A DNA stretch of 64,000 nucleotides from Podarcis bocagei (Eukaryota), in the NCBI GenBank assembly GCA_964188305.1, contig OZ076893.1; one strand, 5' to 3'. Within the stretch, counting starts at the first letter, position 1; every line of letters starts with the position of its first letter. Below the pieces are notes generated by a model. That model ran no database searches, was not told the DNA's origin, and was given only the letters and a program-made list of their open reading frames with translations. Of the stretch, positions 13,001-23,372 are shown in pieces. Made by a program: the position numbers and the translations under genes.

Positions 13001-14690
13001 CCATGCCTTGTCAACAACACAAGACTGGCCCTGCCATACAGCATGGTGGAACAGGCTGTTTCAAACATCAGGACTTAGAGGATAGATGAGAATTGATGTT
13101 CGAAATGGTACAGAATTTTTAACGTGTTGGCCCTAGAAGGGTTAGTGAATAGGTTGCCATTTGGTGATCAGCTTCAAGCGGGATAATTACTTGGTCTGGC
13201 ACTATAACAATGGCACATTTGTTTATTTACTAAAAGATCTTTACCTCTCCCTCCTCCCAAAAAACAACAATCAGGTATCAGGGCAGTGTATAAAATATGA
13301 CCAATAATGGCCATACTGCCATAGATAAAAAGCATAAAACACAATCTAAACAGCTTTGTAAGAGGAAGTAAAACATAATAGGACTAAACAGCTAAAACAC
13401 CAGGCCCAACATGTAAGTTTTGACCAGGTGCCAAGAGAATAACAGAACCAGCACTAACTATACTTCTGTGAGATGTCGTAACAGATAAGCATCTGCTCCA
13501 CATTGACAAGACACATGTAGAAGGTACTTTAAGACAGTTTTCTTCAACCCTGGATCTCCAAATCTTGGACTGCATGTCCCCCACCCCTGACCATTAGCTA
13601 TAGTGAGGGTTTCAGTTGAACAACATCTGGGGAACCAAGGTTGAAGAACACAGCTTTAAGAAAAGCCTCCTCAGCAGCTCTTAAAACAGATGTGAATCCG
13701 TTTTGCAAACCTCCTGACCATAGTTTCATTATGGAGACAGGCCCTCTTCCATCACAACTGTGTTGGACTGCTTCACAAGCACTTCCTTGAGCCATTATGC
13801 TTTTAGTTGGCTATTCATTTATTTCAGGCACCCTTTACACATTAGGCTGGTGTGTGTTATGTGGTTCATTAATGAAATCATGGCCATGTCAACAATAAAA
13901 TAGCATGACCACAGGCTTTACAAACGGGACACGTGAATACAGTTACTCGAAACCTAGTGGCATACATGCAATTGGTTGCCATGACAATCAACGAGCCTTA
14001 CTGAGAAGCGGGTCCATTTCCTTTGTATGTTCAGTAGTTGGTAGAATTGCCACAATAAAGTCACGTATGGGGTTATTTCAAATGATAACGACACTGCCGT
14101 CGCCCTGGCTTCCTGGCTTGCACATGATCATTTTGTAGCAATAGCTTATATGCATACTGGCACAGTCCAAAGATTATGTATTGATGAAGCCATTGCCAAA
14201 CTGGTGCCCTTGAGATGTTTTGAACTGCAACCCCCATCATTCCGAGCCTGCATGGTTGTGCTTGCTTGGGCTGATGGAAAATATGGAGGGCACCAGGTTG
14301 GAGAAAGTGGCATGGATACAGGCTTCTCCTTGACAACAGAGGTGGTTTTTTTTTAGGCCTGCACTGTGTTGTTCTTAACTGAGGCACTTTCAACAACTGT
14401 TTTAAGGGTAGGAATACTGCACACACTTCTAACGTCCCTGCCTTAAGGTTGTCTAAATGGGAACATGAACCTTATCAGTTTTGCTCTCATTTTCGGCCTC
14501 CGTGTTAATACCTAACTAATCGGCACTTTATTTATACGACATGCTGCTGGCCATGGGTCCACTAGTCCTTCATCTGTGCAATATGACATGTAAGAAACAT
14601 AAGGCCTAAGGGTTGAAAAGAAAAGAAAAAGTAGATGTCTCCCACTTCTTGTTGAATACACCCCCCCAACCTCTTTATTTCCCCAGAACT

Positions 14691-14733
14691 AAACAAACAA
14701 ACAAACAAACAAACAAACAAACAAACAAACAAC
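14691..14733. repeat. (AAAC)n microsatellite within the putative 3' UTR
   Basis: Seen directly. Confidence 0.97.
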
Positions 14734-15302
14734 TAAGGCAAACAGGAGTGGCATGTCTTGTAAGAGAGATTTGTCTTGCTATATTGGACAATGCTGGGTG
14801 GCAATCAGTCCCATCTTGTTATTCTGGCTGCACTTACTGTTTGGCTGACCTGTATACCAACTGGTTTTACAAGAGGGCAGCAGATTATAGAATCTGCATT
14901 GTTTGGCCAGCTGCGTTATCTTCTAAAGCCACAGGCACCTGTTACACATTGGAGGCTACAAGCAAACCTTTCAAATAAACAGGCAACCTCATTTTTTTCT
15001 TCCAATATATGCAGTTCAAGCATCTATCTGCAAGATGATGAGTACTTAGACCTCACTCGAGGGTTTCCATTTTCTGAGTTCTTACCAACAAGCCAGAATA
15101 GGATCCTGTGCTTTGTTAGATATTGAAGCTGGCATTTTATTAAGATCAGCATGGTGGCACCAGGAAACAAGCAGAGGTATTCATTATAAAATGAGCACAC
15201 AGCTCAACATGAACTAGCAGGGCCAGCGTCCAAATGCAGGGCATTAAAATGGTCACCAGTGGAACAGTTAAAGGGATATGCTTCCCCAATCAGATATTGA
15301 AT

Positions 15303-15385
15303 AATAGAATTGTAGCGGGACCATGAGAATCAATATTTCCAATGCCCTGCAATGCAGGAAACTTTTGCCTAACATTGGGCTTGAT
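15303..15385 (-). mobile_element. Degenerate copy of the CR1-tailed SINE
   Basis: ATAGAATTGTAG...CCATGAG...CTGCAATGCAG is shared with 44122-44266. Confidence 0.55.
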
Positions 15386-16114
15386 GTTACTAAGGTCTTA
15401 CTCCTCTGTACATTTACTTGGGAGTAAGCTGCATTGAATAAATGAGATTTCTAAATAAGCATGTACAATAAAGAAGTATGGAAATGGGCTGCACAATAAT
15501 GTTCATGGATTGAATAGATAAGAGGAGAAATATATATTACATAGGTTCACAGATCACATGTAGGTGAGTGAGACAACACCATTGTGAGTGGTCTGTTAAT
15601 CATCTCAGTAACCAAGTTAGACAAGAGAATCTCATTACTAAACTTAATTGCATTGTTTAGTGTTTTCATACACTTTTGTTCTATGTTTAGCTGCATTTTT
15701 ATGCTTCTTAAAACCATATCCTGCTTCAAAAACATCACCAAGAATTAAATAAAATGCATATTATGTTTAAGTCAGGGAGACTTAGAAAGGGCTCCTTTGG
15801 AGCAAGATCATATTCCTTCCAATTCAGCATACCAAGTAATCACCTACAAAAGTATTTACTTAAATTTCATTCCCCCCCCCCCCATAAATGTTTAACCCAG
15901 AAAGATTCCCCCCCCCCGGTTTATGGCAAATAATATTGTGCTATTTATCCATTTACACAACACACCATAATGATAAACTGCAATAGATGGATGACATCTA
16001 TATTTTTGCGTTGCACTGATCCACATTGTGGACTGTGACAATATGACTACAGATGCCTTATTAAAAACAGCTTCTCTCCACTGATCCCATGTATTATAGA
16101 TATGAATCTCATGC

Positions 16115-16222
16115 TTTCACTGTCCACTTCATGCATCTGATGAAGTAGGCTCTTGCCTACAGAATGCTCTTGCTACAACAAATTTGTTTGCTTTTGAGGA
16201 GCCACAGGACTCTTTCTGGTTT
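16115..16222 (+). mobile_element. Penelope-like pseudo-LTR remnant with a decayed hammerhead ribozyme
   Basis: GCATCTGATGAAGTAGGCTCTTGCCTACAGAATGC followed by AAATTTGTTTGCTTTTGAGGAGCCACAGGACTC, resembling reptilian Penelope ends as recalled. Confidence 0.7.
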
Positions 16223-16238
16223 TTATTTAAAACAGATG

Positions 16239-16330
16239 CCATTTATTCAAAATTCAATGCTGTTTTTTCATGCTAAAATTGGGCAGACCCATTTATTCAA
16301 AATTCAATGCTGTTTTTTCATGCTAAAATT
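16239..16330. repeat. Perfect 42-bp direct repeat, period 50
   Basis: CCATTTATTCAAAATTCAATGCTGTTTTTTCATGCTAAAATT at 16239-16280 and 16289-16330. Confidence 0.95.
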
Positions 16331-19300
16331 AGAGATCATGTTAAGGTTCTCACCAATAGATGAGCGAGAAAGCAGCCTTTGAAAAGGGTTGGATGGACTT
16401 CAGACAAAATGCTAATCAATTATCAGTTTCCCCCCCCCCCCCGCATTGTGACTTAAAAAAAATAATCTTGTTGGAATTCAACGTCTAAACTGGTAAATTC
16501 ACATTCTTATTTTTGAACTTTTTAAGTGAAGACACACAAATTTCTAAAATTAGCTTGAACACATAGGGTACAAGATCCTGGGGGAAACTATCAAATGATT
16601 GCTTCATAAAATAGAAATTTGTAATAGAAAAGCTAATACAACGTTGACCTGCATGGCAAAATCATGCCCAAACTTTTTTTCAATTCACCTTCTCTCTGTA
16701 TATAATATATAATGCACTTTTAAATATATCAACTTATTAAGCATTCACATAACCATGATGTACCTTATATCAAGCACAGCACATTATCACACTTACCTTC
16801 CTGCATAATTACTGTACGTTAAATCCTCCAAATATAAACATTTGTATTACCTTATAAAAAGAGCAACCAGCAACATGCTCAGCTTCTTCATTGCTTTCCA
16901 GGAAATCACTGTACTGAAATTATATGCTGCCATGAGATCGATTTTGAAAGTAGAGCAAAATGTTCAAGTGAATGAGGGAACAGAAATAAATTGAAGCACC
17001 ATACTCATGTAACGTATAGGCTACAGTGAATATCCAAAATGTAGTGAACATTGATATTCATGCACCGATTCCGTGAATGTCCTTCCACTTTTCAGACACA
17101 TATAAGTGAGAGCTGCCGATCACATTCAGGCAGCTGTCAACAGTCACTAGGGAATCTTGAGTTTTTAAGACAGTCACAACAATTGTTTAGGATCTCCAGT
17201 GTTTACATGGGAATACCAACACTCACCATATTTTGGACTCTTCCAAGCCCTTCCGAGTATTTAAAGAACAAATGTGAGGAGGAAGTGTGTAGAGAATGCA
17301 CGGTTGTGTGCTCTGTTCCTATCCCAAAGTCCCTGCTGGCTCCATTCCTGGCCTTCCCAGGAATGAGAGGGAAGATCTAGAAGGTCTTCTAAGTGTGTTT
17401 AGCTAAAGGTGCTCAGATGCCTTCTGCAATCAGGAACCTGGTAATGTAGGCAGGGCTCCTGATCATGGCAAGGCTTCTAATCTTGTCCAGCCAAATGCAC
17501 CTAACCTGCCCCCTCCTTTAGACTGCAGGGATGAGACAGGTGGAGATATTGGGGGAGAAGTTGGCCCACAGCCCTTCTACACACTTTATGCCCTCACACA
17601 TTCTTTGAATGACTGGACAGGGCTACAGTAACATAAAAATCTATTGCCTACAGTAAAACAACAGCAAAACTAAAACATATGAATTAAGCTCATCTTAGCT
17701 TCAGTTATCCCAGGGCCAACACCAGGACAAAGGGACAGGTTCTTTTTTTGCCTGTAACAGACCATGATTTCTAGATTTCTGTCGGAGGCAAAATAGGAAC
17801 CACTTCATGGTTTTGCCAGCTAATAGGTATGTTTAGAAAGTGAGGTGGAGCATAGGACTTCACAGATTGCTCTATGTTTGCAGATGTGGTCAACCAAGGT
17901 ACTCCTGTACCAACAACTAAAATGGATATACTGGTGAAATGCAATGGTTGCATAGTGGCTCAGCCTTTAGGATACTGCAAACAGCACCTCTAAGACTCTC
18001 CAAAATGCTATTGGCATTGCATATGTGCTACAAAGCAACCCATTTCTCCTTATTTTTGTTATCCAGCCACACTTCTATATATGCTCGGAGAAAAACAATA
18101 CCTTGCAATGCTGTATAGGATGCCTCACATGATTATAAAACAGACCCTCAATTCAAAACAAAGCAAAACCCCAAATCATGTTCAATTGAATAAAAAGGCA
18201 TACTAATCTTCATGCTATGCTCAATATAAATATAAATTCAAGGCAGTCGAGCTATTTGTTACCAAAAAATAATGTGTACTTACACTCTCTAAAAAATGAT
18301 TCAGTAAGGTGGATTAGGAAATCACTAACAAACGGTCTTGAGTCTAGTATAAAAAACTTTGACGTAAAAGCCAATGGTGGCCATTTTCAAGTATTTTAGT
18401 GTGTTTTAGAATGTCATCATCTATAATGAGTCATTTGCAGAAAGGACTGGTTTTATACAGAAAATTGAACCAAAATTAAACAGAAATTCATTTCCACTGC
18501 AGTTCATTTTTAGAGTGTGCATGTATACATAGCAACTGTTCCATCTAGGTACTATCTGCTACAAATACTGGGCACATTCCATAGGGAAATTTTCCTGTAC
18601 CAACTGCCCAGTGAAATACATGGGAGCTGAGCAAGAACGCTGCCAGGTGCTACCTGTTGGTTTCCACCAGTCTTGGGGATGGGGGCTCCTCCATGTATTA
18701 CAGCCATTTCCCTTCTCTAAAATAAGTGAATGTTTGGACAATGTATAGATAGGACTCTCTTTGTTGTAAAAGCCTAGTCCCAATCCAAATTAGATCAGCC
18801 ACACCAGATTTCCCACTGAGTTTGTGCCGGTTTGCAAGTTAAAGGTCAAAGAGCAAAGACATCAAACAGTACACTGTAAGGAAATTCAGACAGCAAAGGT
18901 TTTTTTCTTTTCTTTTCCACAGAAGACTATGTTTAACTCAGTAATGACAATCAACAGATCAATAAAGTTCAAGGCAAGCTGTTCATTGTTTCAAAAGCTA
19001 CTCCCCTGGAATCCCAGCTTTCATAAAAAGCCAGGTATCTGACATGTGGGGTGCATCCTTTCTGAACACCTTTAATAAGTTCACAGCCTAGTGACTGTAA
19101 AAAGCCTGTCACTGCAAGAAGCAGTTCCTAAAATCAATAAAAAGAGGTCTGTCAGTTGCTGACTTTTCTCTAGGAAAAAATATTGATACATAACCTGCCC
19201 TGCAGGTCACATGAAAACAACAATACTGCTGTTAGCACAAATATTACACATGATGACACAATGCTTTGGTGCTCCCTTGGTTCTGTCAGTGATTTAATGC

Positions 19301-21696
19301 ACAGCTAAATGCCAGAGGACTTGTGACCCTTTGGGAACTAAGGCAAACGCCCGATTGACAACACTTTGCAATGGGAGAGGCAGCACCATGAAACGCCAGA
19401 GTCCTTGCTCTCTGGTTTCCATTGGAACTGTTATCTGCACCTGCATATTTACATGATGCAAGGCAAACAGAATAATCCTGCAATACAGTTTAAAAACGCA
19501 AGAGTTAAGCAGAACACAAACTCAAGCGCTATGCTAGTTGTTGGACAAGAGAGTTCCACCTGGTTCCATCATCAATCCCATGTTCCTGTTGCTCTCAGAC
19601 TGGAGAAAGACAAAAGCTTTTATGAGAGTTGAAGGTGATATGACAGCAGCATTGTTTCTTGGGATGTCGAAAGTGATTTCTCTTTTTCCCGCTGTCATTT
19701 CTAATCAGTGGGTTTTGCAGCACTACAGGGACTGCAAAAGCAATGAACAGAGATACATCCCATAGCCAACGTTGCCTCTATCATACTTCCTTCATCTTGC
19801 TAAAAACTGCAGCTGTCTGTCTCGAGACTTACTCGCTTCCAGCTTTTCAGTCTCAGCCACTGTGGTTCGCTGTTACACTGCCCATACCCATGTAAAAGCC
19901 CTGTAGCAAAATGAAAGGGAATCTGCATGGCAACACATTGGTGTCACACATTGCAAACATTGCCATATTTGTTGGTGTGTGGTGGCAATGAAAACAAAAT
20001 ACTTAGGACATACACTATCAATAGCATAAATGGATGTCAGGTCCTTGTTACTGGGGGCTACCATTGCATGGGGCAATGAAGACTGGATAAAAAAAGCAAC
20101 AGAGATGTGGGAGGACTCCTGCAATGGCTTAGCATAACACATCTTGAGAAACCAAAGACCAGCTATACTTGCAGCCACTTGTATTCTGTCTGCTGCAATG
20201 TATTGTTTTAAAATAATAATTATCTAATATTGTTTGCTTCTCTTATATCACCATCAACAGAGTGAGCAAATCATTTTTCAAAAATGCTTTCTAGGTTATT
20301 CTAATTGTGTGGTATCTAATCCACTTACAGACCTACCAACCTGCCATGTGTACCTGCCAATCCAGATGACTTCTGGCATGCTGGCCTCAGCAGCCATGTT
20401 TTGTTATGGTACTATATAGTGTCATATAGAAACTAGAGTGCATAAAGCCACTAGAAGGAGGAGAGAGAGACACAGAAGTCAATGATGCTAAGAGGGAAGG
20501 AAGGAGAGGATTTGCAGAACTGATATGGTTTATGGACCACCTACAAAGGAACTCGTAAATCACAGGAAATAAGCTTTAGAATCCAGAATCTTTTTAAGCT
20601 GTGCATTCCTATAATTTCCAGACTGCCAATGTTCACAGCCCTTGAAACTCTGAAAACCTATAGTTCTCAAAGGGTCACAGATTGCACAAATCTAATACTA
20701 GCATTATGTTTCTCTGTAACATTAAGTGTCACTTTAGTTCACTGCAATCTACTTCACAGGCTTGCTGCATTCTGCTATGGTTTCAACATTAAGTGTTCTT
20801 GACAGACCTGTGGGAGGCCTGGGGCTGCTGGCCTGGTACAGCTTGGGGGGGGGAGGAAGAAAGAAAAAGAAGAGGAGGAGGCAGGAAACCAACAAAATCT
20901 AAACCAATCAATAAAAAAGATACTATCTGAATATAGTAATGAATATAAATGTGTTAAAACATTGAGGACATAGCTCAGAACAGCTGTATAAAACACAAAA
21001 TGAATGTATCATTAAGGCTGTTACTATATTGCAGATATTTTGGCCCCTTATTTGTTGGAAAATGGCTGTCCAAACAGTCTGAATTCCTGTGTGTCATCCT
21101 GGTCTCCCACTTAACAAAAATTATGAGTAGGAGTATAGGACTATATCCGTAGCTGACAGAAAGCAATCCTCTTTGGAGACAAAGCTGTTTTGGGTCTTCA
21201 CACTTCCTGAAAGTTCCATTGTGATTGTTGTGTTATAGTTGCTCTATCTTTTCTCTTTTTTTAAAAAAAAAAATTGATTACATTTTTATTATTGTTTTTT
21301 CTTTTAAAACCTCACGCAAAACTCTTTCAAAGGGGAGCAGGCTTCAAAGGGGACAGAAAAAACCCCAAGAGAGACACTGGAGACGCTTCTTGTTTTCCTA
21401 TATTTTTGCTGTAACATTTCCTCTTCTTTATGGAAAAATCCCGATAGTTTTGCATTGGGTGTAGTGAGCGTGCAGAGAGGAAAAAGGCTAGAACCGAATG
21501 ACAAAGAAAGACAAAAGAACTGGAGGAACGGCAGATACTGTGTACGATGGAAGCTTCCCACTGGAGTGAACTCTTACTTCCTGTGCAGGGTGCAGGTAGC
21601 CCCCTGGGTTTTAAAGATCAGCCCTGGTCGAGGGGCTGGACAGATGCCTGCTCCTAGATAGGAAACTGCATAACAGCTCTTCTGTTGATCTCAAGT

Positions 21697-21850
21697 NNNN
21701 NNNNNNNNNNNNNNNNNNNNNNNNNNNNNNNNNNNNNNNNNNNNNNNNNNNNNNNNNNNNNNNNNNNNNNNNNNNNNNNNNNNNNNNNNNNNNNNNNNNN
21801 NNNNNNNNNNNNNNNNNNNNNNNNNNNNNNNNNNNNNNNNNNNNNNNNNN
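21697..21850. other. Assembly gap or masked stretch, 154 N
   Basis: Run of N seen directly, inside the last MMP16 exon. Confidence 0.99.
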
Positions 21851-22091
21851 AGGCACAGGGCCAGGATGCAGGGAATGACAATGGCTATGGCTTTCACAGT
21901 GCTGGCTGTGTTGTCCAGTTTGATGACAATGTCTACGTCATCCTGAGGGCTGTGTCGGTCTTTGTCCCGGTCTGCTGGTCCATCACAACCCATAAAATCC
22001 TTTAGGATGGATCTGGGATATCCAGGTTCTACTTTGAGCATCTGGTTGTTGAATTTCCAGTATTCTTTGCCTTTGTAGAAATATGTGAAGC
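21757..22091 (-). CDS. MMP16: MMP16 last coding exon: end of hemopexin domain, stalk and TM helix; tail and stop fall in the N gap
   Basis: Visible 21851-22091 translates (G)FTYFYKGKEYWKFNNQMLKVEPGYPRSILKDFMGCDGPADRDKDRHSPQDDVDIVIKLDNTASTVKAIAIVIPCILALC, with acceptor cttcctcag. The end coordinate 21757 is inferred from a conserved 31-aa remainder and assumes the gap size is accurate. Confidence 0.92.
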
Positions 22092-22331
22092 CTGAGGAAG
22101 AAAAGTGTGAATGTTTCAATGAGTTGTAATTTTGTTGCGTCCAAGGTCAACAAAAGACAAGGAGCTGCTGAAACTTTGGAGTTAACAAGCAGGATTAAAA
22201 CTGACATTTGGAAATTAATAAAATGTATCCAGCCATTGCCAATATCTACCCAATAGGACCTCACTACTCCATACCTTATTTGCAACTACAATTGCTTCAA
22301 AACTCCTATATCTTCATTGCACCATTCTGCA

Positions 22332-22565
22332 CAGTCAAACCTCGGTTGTCTAATGTAATCCATTCCGGAAGCCTGTTTGGATTCCAAAACATCTGACAAC
22401 TGAGGCGTGGCTTCCAATTGGCTGCAAGAGCTTCTTGCTCTCAAGCGGAAGCTGTGTTGGACGTTCAGCTTCCGAAAAATGTTTGAAAACCTTACTTCAG
22501 GGTTTTTAGCATTCGGGAGTCAGAACGTAAGATAATGGGGGCATTTGGGAACTGAGGTTTAACAG
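22332..22565. mobile_element. Older Tigger-like MITE related to 27704-27932, opposite orientation
   Basis: Imperfect TIR CAGTCAAACCTCGGTT / AACTGAGGTTTAACAG. The subterminal sequence matches the reverse complement of ~27870-27932. Confidence 0.7.
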
Positions 22566-22899
22566 TACAGGATTCTGCCAATATTGTGAAATAAAAAATA
22601 TATCTTTGCTACACCCTGCATTTTAAAACTTGTACCTGACAAGTACTTAAAAACCTCATGGCTGAATATTAACTCCCAACAACATCTGATTAGTGGATAA
22701 ATAGAAAGGATGATAGAAAAGAGCTTTAGAAACCCCATACTTGTCATCAAACATGCTTTTCAGCTTCAGTTGTGTGAAATGCTAGAAAAAGAAAAAAGAT
22801 AATCGGAATAGCCCTTCCCTCACAGAACATTCTTTTTCCAACAACTTTATAGGGCATATTGGTTTTCAACAAAGACATGTCTTTATGTTGAAAAAATTA

Positions 22900-23372
22900 C
22901 CGTATTCTTCGTCCTATAAGGCGCACCATAGGACGCACCTCGGGTTTTTTTTGGGGGGGGATGAATAAAAAAAAATTATTCCCCCCCCCCGCGGCTGCCG
23001 CCCCAAGCCTTGCGCACACCTGCCCGAAGCACAGGGCACCCTCCGGAGGGCTCCCGTGCTTCGGGCGACAGGCTGCCGCCCCAAGCCTCGCGCGCTCGGC
23101 GGGACCTCCTGCCGGGCACGCAAGGCTTGCGGACACTTGCCGGGGCTGCAGGCTGCTGCCCGCAAGCCTTGTGAGCCCGCGGGAACTCCCGCCGGGCTTG
23201 CAAGGCTTGCGGATAGCTTCCTGAAGCCTGGAGAGCGAGAGGGTCGGTGCGCACCGATGCCTCTCGCTCTCCAGGCTTCAGCGAAAGCCTGCATTCGCCC
23301 CATAGGACACACACACATTTCCCCTTCATTTTTGGAGGGGGAAAAGTGCGTCCTATGGGGCGAAAAATACGG
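22900..23372. mobile_element. Tc1/mariner (Tc2-type, CCGTA ends) MITE with a GC-rich multi-hairpin core
   Basis: TA|CCGTATTCTTCGTCCTATAAG...CCTATGGGGCGAAAAATACGG|TA; TA target duplication. Confidence 0.9.

Larger units (their letters stand above)
9360..21756 (-). other. MMP16: Putative long MMP16 3' UTR (~12.4 kb)
   Basis: Lies downstream of the last coding exon. It lacks the long or young TEs seen in the introns, has an AT-rich distal block with miRNA seed matches and ends at a strong poly(A) signal. Mammalian MMP16 is known to have a multi-kb UTR. The extent is inference. Confidence 0.55.

Noticed and set aside
21611-22005. X-rich ORFs spanning the gap
   Set aside because: Artefacts of translating N bases.
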